From assembly GCF_006345805.1 (NCBI RefSeq), contig NW_021834107.1, positions 1-30,737 on the forward strand: a stretch of DNA of 30,737 nt. Reading direction: 5' to 3'. The stretch is from Octopus sinensis. Its lineage: Eukaryota. A program made the position numbers and the translations under genes. The notes below the pieces were generated by a model that was not told the DNA's origin, made no database searches, and was given only the letters and a program-made list of their open reading frames with translations. Numbering within the stretch: the first letter of the stretch is position 1; every line of letters begins with the position of its first letter. Of this stretch, positions 11,693-23,128 are shown piece by piece.

Positions 11693-11834
11693 TTTTTAGC
11701 TTTCTTGTGTTCGAATGACCCGCGACTGAAATGGTAGTAGCAGTAGTGATTGTTGGTCGTAGTAGTAGTAACCGTGGTGGTGGTTGGGGTTGCAGCAGCT
11801 CATTGGTTGTAGCGGTTTAGCTGTGGCAGTAAAC

Positions 11835-12950
11835 CGCTAAACTGATGGCCTTGTTCTAATGTGAATTCTGAACCTTCTACCAAGATGACACAGATTCCGC
11901 AGTTGGGCTTTCCACATTTTCTAACTGCTGGTTTTGTGGTTGATGTTGAGTGCAGTTTAGCTTGGGTTAAAATCTTTTTCAAGGATTTTGGTTGCCGTTT
12001 ACTTTTAATGGTGGTGTGTGTTTCGAGGATCCGGTCCAACTTTGGGTCTCCCTTTAGAAGGGCTGTGCTTTGTAGTATGGTGTTGAAGGCCACATTGTTA
12101 AGTGGGTTGTGTGTAGAGATGTAGGGAAGGGTTTTTAATTTTTCTTTCTTTTTTGGTTTTGTTTGTCTCAAGTCTTCTATACTTAATTTAAGTGATCGTT
12201 GGATTGCTCTGTCTATTAGGAGCTGTGGATAATTTCTATTTTTGAGTGTAGTTCTAAGTTACTGGAGACGTGTGTGTCGGGTGTTTGTGTCTGATATTAT
12301 GGTGCAAATCCTTCTAGCTAAACAAAAAGGGACATTTATTCTAGTGTGTCTTGGGTGGCATGAATCAAAGGGTAGGTACTGCTTGGAGTCTGTCGGTTTA
12401 TAATAGATATCTGTCTCTATTTTGTTGCCGACTTTCTTAATGAGGATGTCTAAAAATGGCAATTCTTCTTCGTTATGCTCCATCGTGAACTGAATATTAT
12501 CATTTATTCCATTTAATAGTATTTTCCTCAAGTTTCTCTATACTTTTATCCCAGAGGATGAAGCAATCGTCGAGGTATCTTTTCCAGTTGTTCTGGATAT
12601 AGGTGGAGAAAGTGTTTCCATATTTCTCGAGTGTTTTCTGGTAGAGTATTTTCTCGAGGTATCCCATCACTAGGTTGGCAAAAGAAGGCGCAGTACGCGT
12701 GCCCATCGCTGTTCCCGATCTTTGTCTGTAGAAATTATTGTCAAAAATAAAGTAATTGTTTTCTAAAATAAATCTAAGTCCTTCTATTATAAGTTTTTTA
12801 TTTATGCGAGTTGGGAGTTCAAAGGAGTAGTTGTTTAGCCAGAAAGTGATCGCTTCTATTCCTAGGGTATGAGGGATGTTTGAATAAAGGTTAATTACGT
12901 CGAAGGATACAAGTAGGGTTTTCTCATTGACTGTTTTTGGGAGGTGGTTA
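11835..12950 (-). pseudogene. Penelope-like reverse transcriptase (palm and thumb) plus Cys-rich linker
   Basis: Motifs LVSFDVINLYSNIP, YRQRSGTAMGTRTAPSFANLVMG, WKRYLDDCF, IQFTME, LPFLDI, YYKPTDSKQYLPFDSCHP and KCGKPNCGIC. There is one frameshift near 12520 and an in-frame stop at 12259-12261. No GIY-YIG motif follows. Confidence 0.93.
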
Positions 12951-13000
12951 TATATATATATAGGGTGTGTGTGTATATATATATATATTTATATATATAC

Positions 13001-13120
13001 ACGGAAACTGAAAGAAGACCGTCGTATGGTATATATATATATATATACGGCGGTCTTCTTTCAGTTTCTGTCCACCAAATTTACTCACAAGGCTTGCTCG
13101 GCATGAGGCTATAGTAGAAG
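13001..13120 (-). mobile_element. SINE family A internal fragment (13047-13120, -) with a short inverted copy (13001-13027, +)
   Basis: acggaaactgaaagaagaccgtcgtat is the near-inverse of atacggcggtcttctttcagtttctgt. Confidence 0.8.
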
Positions 13121-13122
13121 TT

Positions 13123-13380
13123 CTCAGGACCCTGCCTATGTGTCTTACTTAAGTTTAGCGTACATGTCACAAGTTTGTGATCCGTGTAGCTGACTATGTG
13201 GAATTGTAGACATCCTACGCTATCTCTATCTACTGTCCTACACAGTATCCTATCTAGATACGATCTCGACGACCCGATGCTGTTGCTCCAAGTCCACTTT
13301 GGGGCATTCTTGTGGTCGAGTCGGTACCTGTCAGACAGTTGAAAGCGTTTGAGCAGGTCTCTGAGGCATTTGCATCCCCG
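13123..13380 (-). pseudogene. APE-type endonuclease C-terminal fragment of an L1/Tx1-like LINE
   Basis: Open minus frame not listed in the ORF track: ...DRYRLDHKNAPKWTWSNSIGSSRSYLDRILCRTVDRDSVGCLQFHIVSYTDHKLVTCTLNL...QGP. This matches the T-W, SxLDRI and (S/T)DH motifs of LINE endonucleases. Confidence 0.85.
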
Positions 13381-13383
13381 TCT

Positions 13384-13404
13384 ATAGATAGATAGGTAGA
13401 TAAG

Positions 13405-13483
<79 letters not shown>

Positions 13484-13500
13484 ACAGACAGACAGACAGA
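13384..13500. repeat. (GATA)n(GACA)n microsatellite
   Basis: Direct reading. Confidence 0.95.
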
Positions 13501-13659
13501 CTGACATAGATTATTAAAAATATATGTATGTTATTAGTAATTAAGATGATAAAAGAATTATCAACTATAACATACATAAGTAACACGTTATTGAGCAATT
13601 TAAAGTGAGGTGGCATTTCTAAGGAACGCAAACGCATGCAAATGATAGTTATCATACAA

Positions 13660-14072
13660 GGCGCAGGAGTGGCTGTGTGGTAAGTAGCTTGCTAACCAAC
13701 CACATAGTTCCGGCTTCAGTCCCACTGCGTGGCACCTTGGGCAAGTGTCTTCTGCTATAGCCTCGGGCCGACCAAAGCCTTGTGAGTGGATTTGGTAGAC
13801 GGAAACCGAAAGGGAGCTCGTCGTATATATGTATATATATATATATATATATGCGTGTGTGTGTGTTTTTGTGTCTGTGTTTATCCCCCTAGCATTGCTT
13901 GACAACCGATGCTGGTGTGTTTACGTCCCCGTAACTTAGCGGTTCAACAAAAAGAGACCGATAGAATAGGTACTGGGCTTACAAAAAGAATAAGTCCCGG
14001 GAGTCGATTTGCTCGACTAAAGGCGGTGCTCCAGCATGGCCGCAGTCAAATGACTGAAACAAGTAAAAGAGA
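13660..14072 (+). mobile_element. SINE family A, full length
   Basis: Collinear with 4008-4423. Confidence 0.92.
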
Positions 14073-14400
14073 GATGGTAAAAAGAGTATACAGTATTTTG
14101 TACTTTAGCAACCAAGTGCAAGCGAAGACAATACTGTCTGGCACTTGCCGGGAACTGATGGTGAAAATGAAGAGTAAAGTAGAAAGATAATTTGCCACTG
14201 ATATTTTCTTCTCTTTACGGTCGTTGCATCCAACTGTCGGTAACTACAGTCGCTATAGCTTCTAAAAGCCGCGTGTTCACTGGAGGAAAAATGACAATTC
14301 TACTTCAAGTGTTGTATATCTCTGAGCAAGTGCTTTCTTATGTTCATCCGTCTGTTCGTGTGTATGTGTGCATTTATGTTTGGGGAGGTGAGAGAGAAAA

Positions 14401-14439
<39 letters not shown>

Positions 14440-14808
14440 TAGAGACTGACAGACATACACACACAGACACACACACACACACACACACACACAGTGAATG
14501 AGTGAGTGAGTTTGTTTTGTTTACTACTACACAATCTAAAATCTAAGTGCCCAGCCATTTGGGAAGCACAGTTTTTCATAACATTCCATATATAGAATTC
14601 ATCTTCTGAAAGAGACCACGTTTCATTTTCCAAATGTTTAAGTTTCTTGTGCTAAAAATAATGAGGAATTTTATATGATGTAAAAACTTTATTTATTTTG
14701 CGATATTTTTTATCCAAAACCTATCGTTATAAGCAATACTGTATTTCCATACAAGTATCTCCGAGCTGTCGGAAAAAAATGGCAGATACTTTTATCTGAC
14801 TTAGAAGT

Positions 14809-14809
14809 G

Positions 14810-14855
<46 letters not shown>

Positions 14856-14868
14856 AACTACTACTACA

Positions 14869-14916
<48 letters not shown>

Positions 14917-15103
14917 GCTACTGCTACTACTACTACTACTTCTGCTGCTACTACTACTACTACTACTAATAATAATAATAATAACAACAAAAACAAGAAG
15001 AAGAAGAAGAAGAAGAAGAAAAAGAAGAAGAAGAAGAAGAAGAAGAAAAAGAAGAAGAAAAAGAAGAAGAAAAAGAAGAAGAAGAAGAAGAAAAAGAAGA
15101 AGA
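14809..15103. repeat. (TAC)n(TAA)n(AAG)n compound trinucleotide microsatellite
   Basis: Direct reading. It explains the poly-L/V/F/R ORFs here. Confidence 0.95.
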
Positions 15104-15107
15104 ATAT

Positions 15108-15605
15108 GCGCCTGCAGAGTATCTCAACAGGCATGATAGAGGTACACAATATATTCACTGTGTAATTTGCAAAAACCTGGACTTGCCCCATGAAAAAACT
15201 GGTGGAACACAATCCCCTCCAGTGCTTGAAAATGACCACATCTCACTCCTCTGGAACTTCACCATTCAAACTGACAGGAAGATAGATGCAAATAGGCCAG
15301 ACATCATATTGAAAGACTTCAGACAAAGAACATGCCTCCTCATTGATATGACTGTCCAATGATATAAACGTAACTGTCAAGACCTACCAAAAACTGAGCA
15401 ATTATAAAGATCTTGAAATAGAAATCAGCAAAATGTGGAAGCTGAAGACTAAAACAATACCTGTTGTCATAGGTGCCCTGGGAATGATAGCAAAAGGAGC
15501 TGATAGCTACCTAACTCAGATACCAGGAAACCCAAAATGGCAGAAATTCAAAAGATAGTGCTCATGGGAACTGCCCATATTCTACGTAAAATACTTTCTA
15601 TGTAA
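15108..15605 (+). pseudogene. Restriction-like endonuclease C-terminus of an R4/Dong-like non-LTR retrotransposon
   Basis: Frameshifted peptides EYLNRHD, VLENDHISLLWNFTIQTDRKIDANRPDII, CLLIDMTV, YKDLEIEISKMW, TIPVVIGALG and IQKIVLMGTAHILRKILSM-stop (RHD and PD..D..K RLE motifs). Confidence 0.88.
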
Positions 15606-15695
15606 TCTCAAATTTTAAAACAAACATAATTTTCTCGTTTTCTTAAACATTCTCTTGAACAATAGCATGTGTACATAAATTTGCATGTGCAAATC

Positions 15696-15849
15696 CAGAG
15701 GGAACAAACAAGGACAGACATAGGTATTAAGTCGATTACATCGAACCCAGTGCGTAACTGATACTTAATTTATCGACCCCGAAAGGATGAAAGGCAAAGT
15801 CGACCGAATTTGAACTCGGAACGTAACGGCAGACGAAATACCGCTAAGC
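15696..15849 (-). mobile_element. SINE family C (Meta-domain-like), internal fragment
   Basis: Matches 29191-29422, including atcgaccccgaaaggatgaaaggcaaagtcgacc. Confidence 0.85.
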
Positions 15850-15967
15850 GGTCTGAAAGCGACGAAAATATTTTGACAAATTAAATTAAATGTTGAAGTG
15901 AATCTAACGGTTTTTTTTGTGTTTCTTAAATTGCTTATAACCCACCTTCCACGCTGCAATTTATATA

Positions 15968-15998
<31 letters not shown>

Positions 15999-16582
15999 AC
16001 ATAAATAAATATATAGATACATTCATTCAAATATCAATTAGAAGCAGCTCGAGAAATATTATGATTATCGAGCACACATACACAAGTTTGCATTTTCTAG
16101 TTTGTGTGTAGGTTGCGCTTATTGACATAAAAGAATATATTTTCAACAATGCGCCTGATGTTAAAGCAGTTGGAAGTCATTCATACGAGATAACTCGCAT
16201 GAGGTTACATTCAAGAGCGATAGACATCAATGTTCCATCACTGTTGTGACTTGTCAATACCACGTACCGGAACGAGGCGCGGTTCTTGCACCATTTTGCA
16301 AATAGTCACAGAGAACGATTTAGCTTGCACCAGACTTCCCTTGTGTACGCGATGTTGATTAGCCACAACAATGACAAATCATCGACGTCCATCGCTATTG
16401 AATTATCTCGGTTGACGAAAACTTCCTAGTGCTTTTTACACCAGAAGCGTTGATGAGAATATATTCTCTTACGCCTAAGCGCAGCCTACCACGAACAATC
16501 AACTCGTACCTGAATATGTGTTCAATATTGTAATATATATATATATATATTATATATATAATATATATATATAATATATATA

Positions 16583-16632
<50 letters not shown>

Positions 16633-17261
16633 TTATATTTATATTTCTGTTTATATATTATATATATATATACATACATATATATACATATATGCCTACA
16701 TATATATAGACACATACATGTAGAGGAAGAGACAGGCAGGCAGTCAAACAGAGGCAGATAGACAGATAGACAGACAGAGGGACAGACAGGTAGACAGACA
16801 GACAGATACATACATACATACATACATACATACATCATACATACATGCATACATAGAGAGAGAGAGACAGACAGATGAATGGATAGATAGATGGATGGAC
16901 ACTTTACTGTAAATTTTTTATGCGGAGGGCTCTCCTTGAATGGTTTTGCCCTGTCATTATTTCAACTTGGATAACTAGTGAATGTTTTTCACGCAATCTC
17001 TGTAATCTCTCTCCTTTCAAGTCAACTTCAATTTGTTTAATACAAGTAAGTCTATATGTCATCGGGGATTGTAGTATTTCCTTTGACACACAGTAATTAG
17101 GAAGTATACAAACTGGATCGTTAAATCCAATGAAAGAATACATACATATATTTATACATATAGGTGTGTGTGTGTGTATACATACATACATATATATATA
17201 TATATAATATATATATATATATAATATATTATGTATGTATGTATGTATGTATGTATGCATT

Positions 17262-17329
<68 letters not shown>

Positions 17330-17376
17330 GAGAGAGAGGAGAGAGAGAGTTTATTTAAAAGCAGCAGAAATTCAGC

Positions 17377-17424
17377 AAAACCTGTTTACTCGGAGTTTCA
17401 GGTTCCCGTTCGTCGGACAGTTTT
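17377..17424 (-). ncRNA. Minimal type I hammerhead-like motif (CCGANGA core) in a short element (about 17350-17471) between microsatellites
   Basis: Minus strand: aaaactgt-CCGACGA-acg(ggaa)cct-GAAA-ctc(c)gag-TA-aacaggtttt. Homologous to the copy at 27022-27069. Confidence 0.6.
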
Positions 17425-17469
17425 GAGTACTCTTTTTTCCACCTTGTTTCACATTTATGTGTTTACCCC

Positions 17470-17516
<47 letters not shown>

Positions 17517-17540
17517 TATATATATGTACATATATACATG

Positions 17541-17665
17541 AAGACACGTGGCATAACCTGGTGGATGTTACACTGATGATCGCTGTTTCAATTCCTTGAT
17601 CAAGTTGTGCGCTCTGTTCTTGTGCCAAACGCTTCATCTCATATTGTTCTGCAATCAATTCGAGA
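17541..17665 (+). mobile_element. Decayed CORE-type SINE head
   Basis: Loosely aligns to 28915-29045 (gtttcaattcc, tgttcttgtgccaaacgcttcatctca). Confidence 0.5.
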
Positions 17666-18490
17666 TTTTATATATATATATGTATGTATATATATATATA
17701 TATATATATGGGTGTGTCTGTGTACATATATAAACCGTATATATATATACATATATATATATACATATATATGTATATATGTACACTGTATATATATAAT
17801 ATATACATATATACATATATATCTATATGTATATATATACATACATAAATATAAACACTGTATATATATACTTATATACATATATATATGTATATATATA
17901 CACATTAGTATTTCTTTAGATAAATATTAGCTTACTTCAAATTTCCTTCTTAGCATCATATTTTGAAAAAGTCATAATTGAAAAATAAAATATTGACAAA
18001 CCAAGCCCAGACGTACATTTTCCTCTAGTTCTCTGATCAATGCTCAGTATATTCATAGTAATGTAATCAATAGTAATGTAATCAATATATTCAATATATT
18101 CATCGTAATGTAATCAATCACGTAACAACGAAACTATTCACATTCAAGGAGAATAGCTAGAAACACAAACGAACAACAGTAAAAGCCAGGTAAGAAGAAC
18201 TAACACAGTTCAAATACGAATGATACAACACATCACAAAATGAAAAGAAATGCATCGTAGGCGTCATATAGTATTTCTATTGCTTGTTTTTGTGTTTGTT
18301 GTTGTTTTTTACCTCAACACGAACACTATACTCACGAAATACGTTGGAACATATTTTCAAATTATAAGATCTACAAAGCAATAAAATATTCGCTGTGTAC
18401 AACAAACGGCACATACTGATACAGATAATTCTCTTCATTTGATATCCATATTGGAAAACTAAATATCACTCCTATACTAAAACTACTACT

Positions 18491-18493
<3 letters not shown>

Positions 18494-18559
<66 letters not shown>

Positions 18560-18616
18560 TGTGTGTGTGAGTGTGGGTATATAATCACATACTTATCTGT
18601 ATCATATGCATATGTG

Positions 18617-18666
<50 letters not shown>

Positions 18667-18685
18667 TGTGTGTATGTATGTATGA
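18494..18685. repeat. (TG)n microsatellites
   Basis: Direct reading. Confidence 0.95.
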
Positions 18686-18818
18686 ACGTATATAATCATA
18701 TATACACCTATATATATAATTATATATCTATCTACAAAATCCTATAGATAGATATACATAGACGAACTATAGCTATTGGTATATATACCCCGACACAAAC
18801 ACATATATATGTGTGTTC

Positions 18819-19050
18819 AAGGCGGTGAGTTGGCAGAAACGTTAGCACGCCGGGCGAAATGCGTAGTCGCATTTCGTCTGGTGTTACATTCCGAGTTCAA
18901 ATTCCGCCGAGGTCTACTTTGCCTTTCATCCTTTTGGGGTCGATAAGTTAAGTACCAATTACGCACTGGATTCGATGTAATCGATTTAATCCGTTTGTGT
19001 CATTGTTTGTCCCCTCTGTGTTTAGCCCCTTGTTGGGTAGTAAAGAAATA
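18819..19050 (+). mobile_element. SINE family C (tRNA-derived, Meta-domain-like), full length
   Basis: A-box-like tggcagaaacg and B-box gagttcaaattcc. The central gcctttcatccttttggggtcgataagttaagtacc resembles the MetaSINE domain. Tail tttagccccttgttgggtagtaaagaaata. Confidence 0.85.
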
Positions 19051-19370
19051 ATATTATATAATATATATATATATATATGATATATATATATGTATGTATG
19101 TGTGTGCTTACATATGTATATATGTGTGTGTGCTTACACATATACATACATGTATATGTATATATGCACGTATGTATACATGTATACATACATGTATACA
19201 CGTATGTATACATATATATTTATATATACACATAATATATATATATATACACGCAAACACATAATTTTGTATTACATAGTTTTTATCAATCCTCCGTTTT
19301 CTCTGTCTGAAGTTCTTTTTTTTAAAAAAATTTACTGTTATGAAAAAGTAATTATATTCATTTACGTATT

Positions 19371-19570
19371 ATTCTTTTCTACTCTAGGCAGAAGGCCCGA
19401 AATTTTGAGGGAGAGGGGCTAGCAAATAAGACTGATCCCATTACGCAACAGATGCTTAATTTATCGACCCTGAAAGGATGCAAGGCAAAGCCGACCCCGG
19501 CTGAGTTTGAACTCAGAACATAATGACAAACGAAATACTTGTTTCTTTACTACCCACAAGGGGCTAAACA
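19371..19570 (-). mobile_element. SINE family C variant with a different 3' tail, joined to a standard family C tail
   Basis: Meta-like core at about 19455-19500, alternative tail at 19371-19420, and a standard tail piece at 19543-19570. Confidence 0.7.
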
Positions 19571-19615
19571 TATGTGTGAGTGTGTCTGTGTGTGTGTGTG
19601 TGAGCCTGTATGTAT

Positions 19616-19665
19616 TAGTATTTGATAAGTGCCAACGCACGAAACTCTCGGAACTTCAGTCACTC
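19616..19665 (+). ncRNA. Hammerhead-like motif, second U3-A8 core variant
   Basis: TTGATAA-gtgc(caac)gcac-GAAA-ct(ctcggaacttc)ag-TC-actc. Stems II and III pair. Stem I (agt/act) is offset by 2 nt. Confidence 0.5.
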
Positions 19666-19741
19666 TGTTCCTTCTGCTACATATAAATAAAAATATACAT
19701 ATACCCGTACTTTTAGGTTTTCTTTTCCTGTTTCCACCAAC

Positions 19742-19834
<93 letters not shown>

Positions 19835-19837
19835 CTC

Positions 19838-19896
<59 letters not shown>

Positions 19897-19935
19897 ATAT
19901 ATATCTGTATGTATATATATATATATATATATATC
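19742..19935. repeat. (TATC)n(TC)n(TA)n compound microsatellite
   Basis: Direct reading. Confidence 0.95.
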
Positions 19936-19981
19936 TCATTGAAGAATTGGAGTCAACAAGAAGGTTGACACTTATTCAAAA

Positions 19982-21121
19982 CTAGCAGCCATAGCCCGGC
20001 GTTGCCCGGGTATGTAAAAGCCCTAGTAGGCAAACGACTAATCCCAATCTAGTCATTTCCCTCAGGGAACGAAGGCGCACGTGTAGGTTGCAATGTCTTC
20101 TCTTCACTCCCAAATAACTATCAAACACTATCGATAATTCAACCCACCATTCCTACCAGGAAGAAATTACATTCGAGACTTTACCCCACTTCTGCTAATA
20201 GCTGCTGCTGCAGCCGCAAGTTATTCGAATACTTTTTTTGTTTTAAACTTTCTTATAACTACCTCCCCAAACGTTTTACCTTAAATTTTTGACGTACCCT
20301 AAGGGTCCTCGGACGCTACTTGCAAACTCTTGGTTTATTATAAACCACTTTTGTCGTGTGCACCAAAAAACCTTTTCCATTCGTTTGTTCAGTTTGGTCA
20401 CTTTTGACTTTTTCATTGTTGTCACTCACATTGTTGCTAGCTTTTTTGCCGTTTTTGTACATTTTTATACATTTTGGGATACTTACCCCACGTGTTCCGA
20501 GAGTTAAAAAGGTCGAGTTGCGTCCCCTAGACAGTCTGTAGTTTTTGGTTTTAATACACAATCGGTTTGCTATGTGTGCCACATATATTTAATTAACCGA
20601 TTTTTTCCAGTAATAATGTATCCTATTGGAATAAAAGGGCCATATAGCTCCTTGGAGCAGACGATGCTCGCTGGGATTTAAAAAAAAATTCCTGCCAATT
20701 TTGTGAAAGATATTGTCGAAAATATGACATCTGAATTTGAACGCGCGATTTCCCAAAATAGCATGATTTTATCGATTTTTTTCTGATGGTAAGGTATTGC
20801 ATGGAAAACTAACATCAGAATTAAGTTTCTTAGGGTAACATTAAGCTTCACCATGAGTTTTGCAAGTTGCGAAAACTACAACAGAAAATGTGTTGCATAT
20901 AAAAAGCTTAGATTCTCGACCCCATATCGAATTTATCAATTTTTTTCAGAACTGGGTAAACTTTTCAAAATTTTCACTGCGTTAGTTTTGAAGTGTGACA
21001 TTGGGTTATGTGTGTGTCAAGTTTCATCAGAATCAGTTGAAAGCCGTGATCAGGGTGAGGGTACAATCTGACAGACACACAGACACACAGACAGACAAAC
21101 TGCCGTTTATATATATAGAGA
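19982..21121 (-). mobile_element. Non-autonomous Helitron, complete (1140 bp)
   Basis: The minus strand starts A|TCTCTATATATATAAACGG, carries a (TGTC/TG)n subterminal tract, and ends with hairpin cccgggc-aac-gccggg...CTAG|T. No TSD. Confidence 0.88.
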
Positions 21122-21625
21122 TATAACTATCCAGCCGCACCCCTTCTTGTTGACTCCAATTTTTTTCAGTTATATATTCACACACGACAGACACCCAAAC
21201 GCAAACCTGTAAGTACATATAACACTAATAATGGATAGCACAGCGTAAACTCTGAAAGTGGACGAGCTTTTTACTGTACTACGTTCTTGACAGAATATAC
21301 CATAAATATATACATATGTGTGAACGTGTGTGTGTGCGTGTATTTGTGTGTGTGTCTGTGTGTCTGTACATATGTAAGTGTGTATATATGTAAGCATGTA
21401 TGTATGTAACTATGTTTGTATATATTTTTATGAATGTATGTATTTTTGTACGTATGTAAGTATGCATGTATGCATATATGTATTTATCGTGTATGTATGT
21501 AATCATGTATGCGTGCAAGTACGTATGTTTGTATGCATGTATGTATGTAGGTATGTATGTATGCATGTAAAAATGTTCTTATGTGTGCATGCGCGCGCGT
21601 GTGCGTATGTGCCTGTGTGTATGTG

Positions 21626-21891
21626 AGGAGTGGCTCTGTAGTTAGACGCTTGCTTCCCAACGACATGGTGCCATGTTCAGCCCCACTGCGTGGAACGTTG
21701 GGTAAGTGTCTTCTACTATAATCTCAGGCCAATGAAAGCTTTGTTAGTGGATTTGGTAGACGTAAATTGAAAGAATCCTGTCTTATATCCTGTCTTATAA
21801 ATGCGATAACTATTCTCTGTGTGTCAGTGTGTCACACTGTCAGTAGCCTTGTTAGTGGTTTTGGTAGACAGAATCTAGAGGAAACCCGTTG
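21626..21891 (+). mobile_element. SINE family A, decayed 5' half with a partial duplication (21846-21891)
   Basis: aggagtggctctgtagttag...ggatttggtagacg. Confidence 0.75.
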
Positions 21892-21991
21892 TGAATACAT
21901 AGGGTTATTCAAAAAGAATGAACCGATTTCACTACGCAATGTTTTAATGAGGAAAAGCAATAGAAAACTCCAGCTAAGTCACAAGTAATTT

Positions 21992-22335
21992 AATCAGTGT
22001 GAGATTTTTGTATCATCTGCATAACTTGTGATCGTGCTCTCTGTGTGGCCGAGGGCATGTCTGAAAGGACCATTATGAACTGTAGTGGTCCTGAAACAGT
22101 GCCTTGCGGAACACCGCTCACTATTTGCGTGTCATTGGCGGTGGCTCCATTGGCTACTACCACCTGACTTTTATCCTTCAGAAAGTCATGCCGCCAGTCT
22201 CCTAATTGCTCGACTATGTCGAGATCACGCAGTTTATGACAGTTTATCAACATTATCGAAGGCCTTTGTAAAGTCGTGATATACCACATCCACATTTGAG
22301 TGGTTGAGCAGCTGTTTCAACACCTATCCATATAG
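21992..22335 (-). pseudogene. CR1-group LINE reverse transcriptase fragment
   Basis: Across frameshifts: NVDVVYHDFTKAFDNVD, HKLRDLDIV, SGVPQGTVSGPL and YADDTKI. Confidence 0.88.
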
Positions 22336-22394
22336 TGTTGTAAGAGCTGAGTCAGGCTGCTTCTTCCTGGTCGGAGACCACACGGAAATATACA

Positions 22395-22635
22395 TGTGTC
22401 TGTGTGTATGTGTGTATGTGTGTGTGTCTTTATGTCCGTGTTTCTTCCTCACCTCCACTTGACAACCGATGTTGGTCTGTTTACTGATGTTCATGTGGTT
22501 CATCAAAAAGACGGTTAGTATTAGCACCAGTCTTTAACGAAATAAACACTGTGCACTATTCATTCGACTAACAATTCTTAAATGCGTTGCTCCAGCATGG
22601 CCGGTTGCAGTCTAATGACTGAAACAAGTAAAAGA
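22395..22635 (+). mobile_element. SINE family A, decayed 3' half
   Basis: cttgacaaccgatgttggt...ctccagcatggcc...gactgaaacaagtaaaaga. Confidence 0.75.
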
Positions 22636-23068
22636 TGTCACCTCATCGTGAGTTTGTGTAATAGTACCACATATTTAATAAAAACCATAAGCTAAATCCC
22701 GAAGGACAGATTATTTCTGTGCGTAAATTCGCTTTCAAATATGACAAAATATTTTACAGTTTATGTGTTTGAGTTGGCGTAACGGTGTATGTTTGTTTTT
22801 GTTTCATTCTGTGTGATTGTGTGCGTTTTATTTTTATTTTTGCAGTGTAGAAAAATAAGTGTTAAATTCTTGTAAAAAATGGTTTTAATCGATACACTTC
22901 AGGTTTTATGATTGTGAAGAATTCTTCAGGATTGTGCGTAATCTGGATTTTCTCCTTCGCTTTTCTCTTTTCTCTCTGTTTTTTGTTTCTTTTACTCTTG
23001 TGTTTTTTACTCTCTCCTCAATCTCTCTTTCTTTCTCTAAGTATCTCTCAATGTATATATAAGTATGA

Positions 23069-23128
<60 letters not shown>

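Larger units (their letters stand above)
8310..12950 (-). mobile_element. Penelope-like element (Neptune-type), 5'-truncated, endonuclease-deleted, with a satellite-expanded 3' region
   Basis: On the - strand: RT ORF remnant, then 3' region, 102-bp array, hammerhead and short tail. Both ends abut (TA)n. That the array and hammerhead belong to the element is inference. Confidence 0.7.

Noticed and set aside
8597-11699. Repetitive 34-aa Tyr-rich or Cys/Val-rich proteins on both strands
   Set aside because: They arise because the unit is 102 bp (34 codons) with a stop-free frame on each strand. Frames break repeatedly and there is no supporting gene structure or recognisable domain.
11835-12950. 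Telomerase or an active retroelement RT
   Set aside because: The motifs are PLE-type, and the copy is 5'-truncated with a frameshift and an internal stop.
15850-15960. Possible further pLTR remnant (ggtctgaaagcgacg...) ending at (TA)n
   Set aside because: There is no hammerhead core and no second copy in the window to support it.
16904-17135. Minus-strand ORF segment GFNDPVCILP...RIKNLQ
   Set aside because: Its start lies in microsatellite and I recognise no family motif.
17574-17600. CTGATGA hammerhead core
   Set aside because: No stem II or GAAA follows, and it lies within a decayed SINE head.
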